DNA from: Octopus vulgaris
Taxonomy: Eukaryota
NCBI GenBank assembly: GCA_951406725.2
Contig: OX597820.1
Span: forward strand, 121,954,001-122,018,000
Length of the DNA: 64,000 bases
Reading direction: 5' to 3'
A program made the translations under genes and the position numbers. Below are positions 25,576 to 39,267 of this stretch, piece by piece. The stretch's first letter is position 1. Every line of letters starts with the position of its first letter. A model generated the notes under the pieces. It had not been told where the DNA came from, did no database searches, and saw only the letters and a program-made list of their open reading frames with translations.

Positions 25576-26154
25576 CGTATGTATGTATGTGTATCTAGCT
25601 ATAGATAGATTGATAAACAGAGCGAGAGCGATAATATTTAAATGTGAGTGTGTGCTGGTGCTTACGAAAGCGTATGACATCATGGTTAGCATACTTGGGA
25701 CACGATCCTGCGTTCGATACCCGGTGGTGTGTTGAGCAAGACAATTTATTTCCCGTTGCTTCGTTCCACTCAGGTGGCAAAATGAGGTGTACTTGTAATT
25801 CAAAAGGTCAACCTTGCACCTTTTGTGTCATACCACATCTCCCCCTTTTGAGGGTATTTGTGCCTCTGTTGAGTGCTAAGCCCCTCTTGCACATTCATTT
25901 CGGAAGCAGACTGTTTCATTAATCGAATTCACTGGAGCACTCGTCGTCGTAATCGACGGAGTGCCGGTAAATATATACGTACTTAAATACATACATATAT
26001 CTTTGCAATATATATATATATATAATTATATATATATATACACACACTTATGTGCGTGTGTGTGTTTATGTATGTGTGTGTGTTTGTGTGAGTGCGTGTG
26101 TTCCTTCCGTTCTTTGAAATCCTTCTCTCGCAATCGTTTATGATTTGTCTAGTT

Positions 26155-26170
26155 CCTCTCTCTCTCTATC

Positions 26171-26226
<56 letters not shown>

Positions 26227-26432
26227 TCTTTCTTTCTCTCTCTCTCTTCTCTTTCTTTCTCTCTCTCTTCCTCTTCTTTCTCTCTCTCTCTTCCTCTTTC
26301 TTTCTCTCTCTCACTTCTCTTTCTTTCTTTCTCTCTCTCTCTCTCTCTCTTTCTTTCTCTCTCTTTCCTTTCTCTCTCTTTCCTTTCTCTCTCTCTTTCC
26401 TTTTCTCTCTCTCTCTCTCTCCTCTCTTTCCT
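26155..26432. repeat. Polypyrimidine (CT/CTT)n tract
   Basis: Direct reading. Confidence 0.95.
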
Positions 26433-27090
26433 TTTTTACATTTTATAACATTTTCTCCCATAATCCCCCCCATCATCTCCCTAACATATACGAATACATA
26501 TCCACCCCAACACGCATCGTATATACCCACCACCCCCTTCTTCTACGTCCAAATATATTATTTTCCTTCTATTCTCTCCCTAATCTTTATCACTGGGGCT
26601 AAAAAAGGTAACAACATTGTCCTAATCAGGTCTGCCAATTTACGTTGACAAATAGAAAGAGAAATAATCCAGGTTCCATTCGCAGACACATTGCTTCAAT
26701 CATTTACTCTTTTGGCTGCCACCCACACCCCACCCCACGCCACCCGCCAACCTCCAAAACTCACCCCCCCACCCTCCACCCATCTCCCTTTGCTCACTAA
26801 TTACTAAACTATTGTTATTTATCCCGCTACAGACACCACCACGACTCTCCCAACAACGCCGACGCCGCCGCCGCCCCAGCGGTACCAACCTGTTCCTGCT
26901 GGTGCCACCATCACAACCAGCAGGTCCTAACTTCGGCAATCGTCACCACCGCCATCACCGCCATCACCGCCTTCACCGCCACCACCACCGCCGCTGTGTT
27001 TTCGTGCCTCTTGGACTTAATGTTTCCTGTCTTCGGGGCCCAAATGACATTTAATAGTAAAAATGTTCTCTTCCTTGCAGTCTGTGCACG

Positions 27091-27126
<36 letters not shown>

Positions 27127-27198
27127 AACACACATACGAAGAGTGAGATAGTGAGAGAGTCTTGTAACAGTATATCGTGTATATATAATACAGTCAAA

Positions 27199-27625
27199 GG
27201 CGGCGAGTTGGCAGAAACGTTAGCACCCCGGGCGAAATGCTTAGCGGTATTTCGTCTGCCATTACGTTCTGAGTTCAAATTCCGCCGCGGTCGACTTTGC
27301 CTTTCATCCTATCGGAATAATCCAGGTACCATAGACTGCAGGTACCTTGTTCGAGGTATAAGGACGCAGTTGTGCGTCGGTAGCCAGTGGGGTCGATGTA
27401 ATCGACTTAATCCGTTTGTCTGTCCTTGTTTGTCCCCTCTGTGTTTAGCCCCTTGTGGGTAATAAAGAAATAGGTATTTCGTCTGACATTACGTTCCGAG
27501 TTCAAATTCAGCCGAGGTCGACTTTGCCATTTTATCCTATCGGGGTCGATAAATAAAGTAGCAGTTTCGCACTGGGGTCGATGTAATCGACTTAATCCGT
27601 TTGTCTGTCCTTGTTTGTCCCTTCT
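27199..27625 (+). mobile_element. SINE family B, duplicated body, with a foreign ~70-bp segment at 27316-27387
   Basis: Matches 21543-21947 apart from the replaced segment. Confidence 0.85.
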
Positions 27626-27886
27626 GTTAGATGTAAAGTACGCAATACTGATGAGGTGTGCTACGTGGTTAGAGAAAGCCATTGCAAAATTCGCACTTGT
27701 AAAATTGTGCTGATAATAATTATATGAAGACAACCGACAACCGACGAAGGGTCCATTTCTGTGTTTCTCTGTTTTCCATTTTTTCTCTTTGCTTATGTAA
27801 TTCACTCATTTTTCCCATATTTCATGTTATTTGCACCGTTGGTGACATCCTGTACCCATATATACGTGCATATAAACATACATATA

Positions 27887-28024
27887 TATTTCTTTACTAC
27901 CCACAAGGGGCTAAACATAGAGGGGACAAACAAGGACAGACAACGGGATTAAGTCGATTACATCGACCCCCGTGCAAAACTGGTACTTTATTTATCGACC
28001 CCGAAACGATGAAAGACAAAGTCG
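27887..28024 (-). mobile_element. SINE family B 3' half, inverted relative to 27199-27625
   Basis: tttctttactacccacaaggggctaaaca...tttatcgaccccgaaa. Confidence 0.85.
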
Positions 28025-28048
28025 ATATATATATATATATATATATAT

Positions 28049-28352
28049 GGAGGTGCAATGGTCCAGTGGTTAGGGCAGCGGACTCGCGGTCGTAGGATTG
28101 CGGTTTCGATTCCCAGACCGGGTGTTGTGAGTGTTTATTGAGCGAAAACACCTGAAGCTCCACGAAGCTCCGGCAGGGGTGGTGGTGATCCCAGCTGTAC
28201 TTTTTCACCACGGTTTTCTCTCACTCTTTCTTCTGTTGGCCTGCTCGCTTAGCCAGCGGGGTGGCGTCATTTAAAGGCTAAAACAATGCGAAGCGCATTG
28301 TGACCAGCGATGTGTAACAACATCTGATAGCCTGGTCGGTCACTGCGATCAC
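28049..28352 (+). mobile_element. SINE family C variant with an alternative 3' tail
   Basis: Head matches 19879; the tail gcgcattgtgaccagcgatgtgtaacaacatctgatagcctggtcg also occurs alone at 13553-13603. Confidence 0.85.
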
Positions 28353-28358
28353 GTTGAT

Positions 28359-28386
<28 letters not shown>

Positions 28387-28390
<4 letters not shown>

Positions 28391-28513
28391 GAGGAATGAC
28401 CACTAGGTGGATTCCTATATGCTAAATGTAGACCGTATATGGCCTGACCACTAAGAAAAATTGTTCTCAAAGAAAAAATTCGGCAAAATCCACCTAGTGG
28501 TCTTTCCTCTTAT
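28387..28513. repeat. Fold-back module with 27-nt inverted ends next to (TA)n
   Basis: ataagaggaatgaccactaggtggatt / aatccacctagtggtctttcctcttat. Confidence 0.85.
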
Positions 28514-28937
28514 GTACATGTAATATAATTTTCTGAATCTTCAGATTTTTTCAATATGTTTAGCCACTGGGTAAAATTCTAATTGATATCAATTTTTAGC
28601 CTTATTATTTAAATTCATATATATATATATATATATATATCAGAGGCGACACCAGGTCATCAGCGTCATAATGCACGCACACACACACACACACACATAT
28701 GTACATATACATAAACATCCCTCTTGTATATGGTTTGCAAGATTATGTCTTGGGAGGTTTATTACACCAATTATATTAAACAGACACTGATTAAGTATAG
28801 AGAAGTGATATTGGACAAGTGCATGTGTTTATTATTGGCATAATGACCCTCTCACGACACAATATATGTGTGTACATACATACATACATACATACATACA
28901 TACATACACATATATATATATATATATATATATGATG

Positions 28938-29114
28938 GATCGTTAGCCACTAAACACATTTTTTCTCTCCTTGTTTATTCTGTGTCCCTTTCTGTTGAAG
29001 AGCGTAGGCTCGAAACGTAAAAGACTTTTTTCTATTCCTGAGCGTTATAATAATACATCTGTTTGTTTTGTACACCACCTGTCTTCGTCTTTTGTTTTTT
29101 TCGTAAACTTCCCC
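28938..29114 (+). mobile_element. Short dispersed repeat with hammerhead-like fold, copy 2 (fold at 28988-29023)
   Basis: cttt CTGTTGA A GAGC gtag GCTC GAAA CG TA aaag; embedded between (TA)n tracts. Confidence 0.8.
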
Positions 29115-29145
<31 letters not shown>

Positions 29146-30071
29146 GTAGGATCAATTAATCATGGTAAACACGGTTTGTTAGCTTGTAGCATAAACAAGG
29201 TTTGTGTAGAAAACACAAGACGATAATTGGTCAATGATAAACACGTGTGTGCGCGAGCATGTGTGTGTATACATATAAACACACATACATGAAGAGAGAG
29301 AGAGTGAGTGAGGGTGTGAGAAGGGAAAGAAGAGGTATGGCTGTGTGTATGTTTATATGTAGTGAATTGTTTCCGGAAGTGCAGAGCTTTCAAGAGGAAG
29401 GATTTTACTTTGGATGGTGTGAAGCCCACAAAATCAAATTAAATAAGGATGGAGGCTGCTCTATTTTTAGTGTCCTGGAAGCAATTGATACGATTTTCAC
29501 TGCAGCTCCATTGATCTAAACAGGTCGTTCAAATTCTGAGCGTTAGTGTGTCGCGATTGCACTTGCTAATCACAACCAATTTACTTATAAACGGATTCAT
29601 TAACCTATATCTCTATTTGGAGAGGAAGTTGTCCTTCTGGTACGTTAGAGGGCGCTGCATGGCCAGACGATCCACTTCGTTTTCAGCACTGATGCATTTA
29701 AAAGAGAGCAAAAGATTCGGTCAGACACGGTGGCAGAGTATTTGCGGAGTTGGCATATTTTCAGTCTATTATATTCTACTAGACATGGTGGAGGTTGAGA
29801 GATAAATCTAGGGACCGCCCTGGGTGGTACAATTTCTAGCTACCCCACTGGGCTTTCGTGTTCTTCGTATTGTACGCTGAAGAACTGACGGGTGGGGGGA
29901 TGTTATCAATAATATTATTGTGAGGAGCGAAGTTTGCGTTGCCATTTCTGTGTGCGTGTGCGTCACACAAATTTATACAACACACATACACACACACACA
30001 CACATAAATGTATACGTACGTATGCGTTTGATGTTGATCTCTCTCTCTCTCTCTTTCTCTGCATACATATA

Positions 30072-30113
<42 letters not shown>

Positions 30114-30446
30114 TACACAGGAGAAAGGTGGTGTGTAATATTGTAGGATGCATAGAATGAGAAAACAAAAGGGCAAACTACTTTAAAGGCCACCAGTAAC
30201 TTCATCATCGCCACATTGAAACCAGAGACATTAACATCACAAATTCCCATATATGTGTGTGCGTGTGTGTGAGTTTGTATGTATACACATATACACTCAC
30301 ACACATACACACACTCACACACGCACACACGTGTGTGTGTATATTTCTGTGTATGTATTTACAGAACATACATGGGTGTGCGTATTTTATATACATACAT
30401 ATATATATGCGTTTATATATATATATATGTGTAGATAGAGAGACAG

Positions 30447-30489
<43 letters not shown>

Positions 30490-30689
30490 TATAAAATATA
30501 CATATATTTATATGTAGATATATACATCATGATGATGGTATATGTTTGTATATATATATATATACATATATTTATGCATATATATATACATATACATACA
30601 CACACATACAAATATACATACACACAAATAAATATATATATATATATATACATACACACACACATACACATGTACATACACACAAATAA

Positions 30690-30730
<41 letters not shown>

Positions 30731-31606
30731 TACATACACACATAAATAAATAAATATATATATACATATATATACATATATATACACACACACACACACG
30801 TAAAATGCTGTATTGTCATACACCCCCTACTCCTTGTTATACAGATTCTTTTTTTCTTGTTTTTTGGGGTTTTTTTATACCAGAAATTTTCCAATGTCAA
30901 TTATTCTGTACAGGATGCTCAGACAAAACACACGCACCCAACATACGCACACATACATATGCTTACACGCAACTATTCAGATGTATAAAGCCTGATATGT
31001 ATACGCAAATTCTCATAGGACATTTATACATCCGCATGAGTATATGTAAGTATATATATATGTATGTGTGTGAGCATACACACACACACTCGCATATATA
31101 TATATATATATATCAACACACGCACACACATTTTCACACATGCCCAGACACACAATTTAGAACCAACTTTGGGGATCCTCTTACAAATTGAGCTGGAACA
31201 ATAAGGCAGTCAGATTTCTATTTATTTTTTACACAATGGCAAATGTGGAATATAAGAATCCATTGTAAGCGGGTTGCACACAAACACACGTGTCGGCACA
31301 CACACACACACATACACACACAAACACACACGCATACCACACACAGACAACATACATATAATGGATATAAATTCACACACACAACTCCACAAGAGGAAAT
31401 ATAGACGCATGCGCAGCTGTTTGTGTTGGAGCATCGCTCCATGTTAAATGTAATGCAATCTACACATTCGCTTTTTTATTTTATTTTTCTTTCCGTGTGT
31501 GGTTGACTGGGTGTATATAGGTGTGGATGCTGTTGCCGCTCTCTTGCTGTATGCTGGAGTTACACACGTTGTTGAAAGTACGTGGCTCACACACATGCGC
31601 GCGCGC

Positions 31607-31607
<1 letters not shown>

Positions 31608-31641
<34 letters not shown>

Positions 31642-31941
31642 CATCCATATCAACACACACACACATACACACATATATATATATAGATAGACTGACAGAG
31701 ATATAGAGATAGAGGTAGGTAGATAGAGGTAGATAGATAAAGATAGAGATAGATAGATAGATAGATAGATAGAGATAGAAATATAGAGATGGATAGATAG
31801 ATAGATAGATAGGTAGACAGACAGACAGATAGAGATGAATAGATAGATAGATATGTAGATAGATATGTAGATAGACAGACAGATAGAGATGAATAGATAG
31901 ATAGACAGACAGAGATGAATAGATAGATAGACACAGATATG

Positions 31942-31976
<35 letters not shown>

Positions 31977-32175
31977 ATCGATAGATAGATAGATAGATAA
32001 ATCGATAGATAGATAGATAGATATGTAGATAGATAGATGAATAGATAGATAGACAGACATATAGAGATGAATAGATAGATAGACAGACAGATAGAGATGA
32101 ATAGATTGATAGACAGACAGATAGAGATGAATAGATAGATAGACAGACAGATAGAGATGAATAGATAGATAGATT
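31608..32175. repeat. (GATA)n/(GACA)n compound microsatellite with ~30-nt higher-order units at its 3' end
   Basis: Direct reading. Confidence 0.95.
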
Positions 32176-32619
32176 GTTAGGGGAGATTTTCAGTTTAAAT
32201 ATTTCTGCTGTCGAAGATTCATCGTTTTGTCAATCGACACGGAAGTTGTTGTTCACAAACAGCAGCAGTAACTTTCTTCAGCTGAATACTCGTCCTTGAT
32301 TGGTTAAAATTGCCCAAATTTAAAAACTTTAACACGAAATATCTTCTAAAATAAAAAAAATTTGTCAAACACGTTAACAATAAACCTTGTTCGTAATACA
32401 TTCAACCAGTAACCGAAGTTTCAAACTGTTATGTTAAAAAAATTAAAATATCTGTGACTGAGACTTACAAGATACTCTTCGAGTCCCAAGTCAGCCATTG
32501 ATCAAACATATCTATAAATAACTGAATTCCAGATATAACTCTCCCGTCTATAATTTTGTGGTACATAGAACTACACTACCAAGTGTTTATCTATTTGTTT
32601 TTTTGTTTTTTTCTTTCAG

Positions 32620-32671
32620 GTGGTGGTTTGTGTTTAGAGGGCGCTTTCACGGTTACCGATCGAACGAATGA
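32620..32671 (+). other. Candidate 52-nt exon
   Basis: Long T-rich tract plus ttctttcAG acceptor at 32619; GA|GTAAGA donor at 32672; one open frame (GGLCLEGAFTVTDRTN). No partner exons identified. Confidence 0.25.
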
Positions 32672-32904
32672 GTAAGAAAGTGTAAACATCTGATTGGTCA
32701 ACGACTCCCACGCAGTGGTGACGTCACACAACGCTTAATGCCTGAATGCAGCAAATTCGATGGTATTTATTAATGGTCTAAAATTGCAGAGATGCTGTGG
32801 AACTGACGAATATTTTGCCATTTCTCTCGACCAAGCCACAACAACCTTAAACAAAATAATATACAACAGGGTGTAGTCTAAATAGTTCTGCCATTTCTTA
32901 ATAC

Positions 32905-33702
32905 ACATTCACTCACACACACACACACACTTGCTCACACTCACTCACTCACTCACTCACTCACTCACTCACTCACTCACTCACTCACTCACTCACTCAC
33001 TCACTCACTCACTCACTCTTACTCACTCACTCACTCTTACTCACTCACTCACTCACACTTACTCACGCACACTCACGCATATTCACGCACACACGCACAC
33101 TCACACACTCACACTCACACACTCATACTCGCACACTCACACACTCACACATACATCCTCCTCCTCCTCCTCATCATCATCATCAGTCATTATCGTCGTC
33201 CTTATTATCCTTATCGTCTCTTCTTTCACATTATCATCATGATTGATGTTACTCATATTCACTATAATTAGCATCATCATCATCATCATTAGCAGCAGCA
33301 GCGTTATCATCATCATCATCATCATCAAAATAACCTTCAGCATCATCATCCTCATCCGTCATCATTACAATCATTATCTTCACCAGTTTTAACCATCATC
33401 TTTATCTCCATCTCCATCATCATCATCATCATCTTCAAACATTGTCAACATCATCTTCGTTATCGTCTTTGTCATCATTTGCCACCATTGCGCTACCACC
33501 ACCACCGCTGCTACTACTACTACTACGACTACCACTACGACTACCACCCCTCCAGTACTACTACTACTACCATCACCACGACTGCCACCACCACCACCAC
33601 CATTACTACTACTACTACTATGACTACGACTACCATCACATCCATTACTACTACTACTGCCACCACCACCACCACTATCACCACGACTATCATCACCTCC
33701 AT

Positions 33703-33736
<34 letters not shown>

Positions 33737-33824
33737 GCAACCACCACCACCATCACCACGACTACCATCACCTCCATTACTACTGCTACTACTACCACCA
33801 TCACCACGACTACCATTACTACTG

Positions 33825-33855
<31 letters not shown>

Positions 33856-33925
33856 AACTACAACCATCACCACGACTGCCACCACTACCATTACTACTAC
33901 TACTACCACTACTACTACTACCGTT
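32905..33925. repeat. (ACTC)n, (CAT)n and (ACT/ACC)n microsatellite block
   Basis: Direct reading; source of the poly-Thr/His/Ser ORFs. Confidence 0.95.
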
Positions 33926-34396
33926 CCTACTCAAAATCATTTCAGCCGACATATTTGATTGATAGTTTTATAGATTTGTTGATGTCTAAGGTGTAATCAG
34001 CTCTGTTTTCCCGCTGATTGATCTGTGTGGTGAGAAGATAAGTATAGGCTCTTAGGGAAACCTTGGAATAGCTGAACACTTCAGCTTATATATCATGCTT
34101 GCTTCCTTCCATACGTCTTGTTTCCCAGCGCTCTGCCGTTCCAGAAGTCTCACACTGGTTACTTGAGCCAAAAACAAAAAAAAAAGATGAAATTTGCAAC
34201 AGAAACTAATCGAAACTAGCATGATGGCCATTTCTGATGTCCGACGTCTGGAATATTTAGAAAGCAAGTTTAGTTTTACATTCACCAATATCATAGACTC
34301 TTCGACTCTTCCTACGTTCATCAGACATATTTGCGTCGCGTCGAAAGTTTTACAAATTTTTGTTGACAAATTTCCTTTAATCTTACAACAAAAGCC

Positions 34397-34822
34397 GAAT
34401 CTTTTCGGTTTGAACGGCAGTTTTTAACATAATTTCTAGGTAACTAAAAAATTTTAAACTTCGTATACTGGTAGAATGTGTTTATAAAACAACTTTTTCT
34501 CTTGGCTTTATTGAGAAAATTCTATAGTTTGTAAGATAATTGTTGTTTTTTTCTTCAATTTCGATATTTCAACCAATCAGTGACGTTCATTGAGGTAAAA
34601 AACATTCTGTGCCGTATGAATATGTCCCTCGTTTAAGAAACAGATTGGGCTTTCTTTACATTTGTGAATAAAAAAAGATACCCTTCCCCCCACCCCTAAC
34701 CCTAACTAACCCTAACCCTAAAACAGATTGAAATGCAATAGATCGATTCTAGGGTCATAGTTATGGGTGACAATTTCATATGACATCGCTAGAAAAAACT
34801 GCCGTTCAAACCGAAAAGATCC
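34397..34822 (-). mobile_element. Merlin-type MITE carrying telomeric repeats, copy 4
   Basis: TIRs as above; 8-bp TSD CAAAAGCC (34389-96 / 34823-30). Confidence 0.92.
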
Positions 34823-34832
34823 CAAAAGCCTC

Positions 34833-35030
34833 CTAGAATTCAAAGTAGAAGCCAATGTGTTGCACCGCCTGAAGTCCCTTTTCTGCCAGTTCTTTGATTC
34901 CACGTTGAGACCAGTTCCTGTCCTTTAAAAGGAAGAACTCTTTCATCAGAGTTTCCACCTCCATTTCGTTGATGAAGCGTAGCGAGCGCCGGAAGTGATC
35001 CGTGGACCGGAACATGTAATGTTCAGTCTA
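34833..35030 (-). pseudogene. mariner transposase C-terminal remnant
   Basis: MFRSTDHF..SLRFINEMEVETLMKEFF..KDRNWSQRGIKELAEK..QAVQHIGFYFE matches the mariner C-terminal pattern. Confidence 0.7.
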
Positions 35031-35214
35031 GAATGTAGAAGGAAGAATTTGTCCAATATTGCTTTAACTGGCTGTCTCGTTATTTGCTTGCCTGAACCCC
35101 TTCAATATGGTGTCCCAGCATGGCCGCAGTCTATCGACTAAAACGAATAGTGTGTGCGCGCGCGCGTATATATGTGTGTGTGTGTGCGTGCGTGTATGTG
35201 CGATTGTGTCTCTC

Positions 35215-35615
35215 TTTCTCTTTTCTCTCTTTTGCTTGTTTCAGTCATTTGACTGCGGCCATGCTGCAGCACCGCCTTTAGTCGAGCAAATCGACCCCGG
35301 GACTTATTCTTTGTAAGCCCAGTACTTATTATATCGATCTCTTTTGCCGAACCGCTAAGTTACGGGGACGTAAACACACCAGCATCGGTTGTCAAGCGAT
35401 GTTAGGGGAACAAATACAGACACACAAACACACATATATATATATATACATATATACGACAGGCTTCTTTCAGTTTCCGTCTACCAAATCCACTCACAAG
35501 GCATTGGTCGGCCCGAGGCTATTGTAGAAGACACTTGCTCAAAGTGCCACGCAGTGGGACTGAACCCGGAACCATGTGGTTGGTTAGCAAGCTACTTACT
35601 ACACAGCCATTCCTG
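35215..35615 (-). mobile_element. tRNA-derived SINE family A
   Basis: Full-length match to 20510-20910. Confidence 0.9.
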
Positions 35616-36009
35616 TCTTTGTATTTATGTTGTCTTTGTCTCCCCTCTCCACCACACACTTAAAAACTGGCGTTGGTTTGTTTGCGTCCTCGGCGAAATC
35701 AGACCGACAGAATGAATAGCAGACTCCATGATTCCATCACAGCGCTGTTGAAGCAATTGGAAGGACACACCAGATGATATAAGCCGAGATATATTATGAC
35801 AGGATGGTCGTGGCGGGAATGGCTTTGCTCGTAATTATTGCACTGTCTAAGCGAACCTGGATTTAAACAACAACAACAAAAACAACGAATGGAACAAAAG
35901 AAAAAACAACAACAACAAAAGAAAATCAGGAAGAATAAAAACTGCAACAATGAATCATCTTCACCATGGCAACCATTGTTACCATTTTCTTGTTCCTCCT
36001 CCTCCTTCT

Positions 36010-36515
36010 CCTCATCGTCATCATCCTTATCATCATTCCAACCATTTGCCACATCATCATCGTCATATCCTCCACCGCCTCCTCCTCAGCCTCATCTACA
36101 TCCTTCTGTTCATCATCATAACCGCTACAACTACCAGGAGCATCACCATCACCATCACCACCATCGTCGTCAACATCATCGTCATCATCATAACCATCAT
36201 CGCCATCGTCGTCGCCATCATCATCATGATCATCACCATCATCATTACCATCATCATCGTCGTCGTCGTCATCATCGTCATCATCGTCATCATCACCATC
36301 AGCATCATCATCACCAGCATCATCATCACCACCATCATCATCATCATCATCATCATCATCACCATCAGCATCATCATCACCACCACCATCGTCATCATCG
36401 CCATCATCGCCACCATCATCATCGTCATCATCATCACCACCATCATCATCATCATCATCATCACCATCACCATCACCATCATCATCATCGTCATCATCAT
36501 CGTCATCAGCAGCGA
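36010..36515. repeat. (CAT/CAC/CGT)n trinucleotide tract
   Basis: Direct reading; source of the poly-His/Asp/Ile/Met ORFs. Confidence 0.95.
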
Positions 36516-36956
36516 TGGCAGCGTTAACCACGTCAACAACTGAAACGTCGGAGGTGTTTATGGCAAAGCTATTAGAATTCCATTCAAGCAGATTATATAA
36601 CTTCTGAGAGACTGAAAGAAAGAACAGATGTACGAGTATATAGGTGTGTGTGTGTGTGTGTATAGGTGTGTGTGTGTGTGTGTGTGTATAGGTGTGTGTG
36701 TATGTGCGTGAACATATGTATGAGTGTATGCATATGTATATATACGTGCGAGTGTTTGTACGTATGAGTATTTATCTGACTGTGAATTTATCCTTGTACT
36801 TATGTCTGCATGTGTGTAAAAGCTTGTACCTATGCACTTGTCTGTGTGTGTGTGTGTGTGTACGTTTGTATATATATATGTGTATATATCGGAGTTTGAA
36901 TATTGTTTCGTGTTTATCTCGATCATGAGTTTTCGTAGTATATTTTTATACATTAT

Positions 36957-36987
<31 letters not shown>

Positions 36988-37237
36988 AAGAGAGAGAGTA
37001 AGGGAGATAGCGAGACAGACACAGACAGTGTGGGAAGTGGGGGGGGGAGCATGTGCTTCTGACAGATATAGACTATATACATCCGCATGCATATAAATAA
37101 ATATACACTCATTGCATTTATTGTGTATCGTATATCTCTGCGTGTGTGGTATCTTCATACACACACACACAAACACAAACACACGGGCACACGAACTTTC
37201 ATACATGTATATGTGCGTTTGCATAAGCACACATATG

Positions 37238-37250
37238 CAGATAGATAGAC

Positions 37251-37298
<48 letters not shown>

Positions 37299-37457
37299 GA
37301 AGATAGATAGATAGATGAAAAGATAGATAGATAGATGAAAAGATAGATAGATAGATAGACAGGCAGATAGATAGATAGATAGATGAAAGACAGATAGACA
37401 GATAGACAGATAGATAGATAGATAGATGAAAAGATAGATAGATAGATAGATAGATGA

Positions 37458-37489
<32 letters not shown>

Positions 37490-37491
37490 GC

Positions 37492-37528
<37 letters not shown>

Positions 37529-37575
37529 CATAGACAGGCAGATAGATGAAAGATAGATAGATAGATAGACAGAAT
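37238..37575. repeat. (GATA)n microsatellite
   Basis: Direct reading. Confidence 0.95.
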
Positions 37576-37826
37576 GACAGACATATGCAATTGTGAAGCA
37601 GGGGGTAGGGCTACGCTTAGCTCCCGTTGAGCGATGTCTGGTACACAGATTAGATACCAGATTCAGTCATTTCTCACTTCCGTTCTGCTCAGTACCTGCA
37701 ATTTCCGGTCGTAGTTAACCGTGTGGAATAGAGGTGGGGGCTACGCCAGACTGACTTCGTAACCCTCGATATATTTGATACTAGATTAAGGTTTTGGGTC
37801 CAACGTAACAACGAAGTAAGAGAGAC

Positions 37827-37860
<34 letters not shown>

Positions 37861-38486
37861 TATATGCGATGAAATGTGAGAGTATGCACATATAAATGCA
37901 TGCACACATATATATGCGTATATATATATGTGCGTGTGTGAGTATATATATATATATGCAGACACACACACACATCCACACACACACACATAGTATGCTC
38001 TATGACGTTTTATATTGTTTTGCTTTCTTTATTTTATGAAATAAAATGTAAGGTATACTTTCAAAAAAAAAAACCCTGCAGTTTAGCCTGGCCATGGAAA
38101 CTATAAAAAGTGGTTGGCTTAAATGATTTCGCAGTTGTGCGTCGGTAGCCAGTTGGAAAAGATGCTTTACTGGGGCTAAAAAAGGTAGCAACATTTTCCT
38201 AATCAGTCCTGTAATTTACGTTTCCAGCCTTGTTAGAGATTTACAAGAGAAAGAAAACACGTTTCCTCTCCACATGGAATATATGAGCTTATTGATAGAC
38301 TTTATTCTATACGAACTCACACAGAGCTAAAATGTTCTCTGAAATCTGAATAAAGGCCAAAGCTTCGAGGTCACTGTCAACAAAATCCGTTTTGAAGAAT
38401 ATATTTGCACTCGACAAATGTATAGAATAACTCCTCAGATTAAAGTAAAATAGTTTTTATTATAACATATGAACAAACATTAACAC

Positions 38487-38645
38487 TATATACATATGTA
38501 TACATATGTATCTATGTATGTATATATACTATATATCTGCATATATATATATATCTATATATCTGTATATATATATATATATATATATATGCGTATGTAT
38601 ATAAATGTATATATATATATGTATGTATGTATATATACTTATATC

Positions 38646-38681
<36 letters not shown>

Positions 38682-38698
38682 TATGTATATATATATGG

Positions 38699-38735
<37 letters not shown>

Positions 38736-38778
38736 GTATATATACTTATATCTGCATATATATATATATATGTGTGTG

Positions 38779-38812
<34 letters not shown>

Positions 38813-39210
38813 TATGTATGCACATATACTTATATCTGCATATATATATATATCTGTGTGTGTGTGTGTATATAAATATATGTATATATATATGTATATA
38901 TGTATATATATATAAATGTATATATATATATATGTATGTATATATATATGTATCTATATAAATATATATGTATGTATATATGTATGTATATATATATAAT
39001 GTATGTATATATATGTATATATATGTATGTATATACGTATGTATATAAATGTATGTATATACGTATGTATATAAATGTATGTATATATACGTATATATAT
39101 ACTTATATCTATATAAATGTATGTATATATATATGTATATATACTTATATATATAATGTATGTATATGTATGTGTATATATGTATGTATATGTATATATG
39201 TATGTATATG

Positions 39211-39267
<57 letters not shown>

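Noticed and set aside
33389-33996. Mucin-like poly-Thr and Gly/Ser-rich ORFs
   Set aside because: Trinucleotide microsatellite open on both strands; no flanking coding context.
35838-36543. 229-aa poly-His ORF and the poly-Asp/Ile/Met ORFs
   Set aside because: The (CAT)n tract is open in four frames; no splice or domain evidence.
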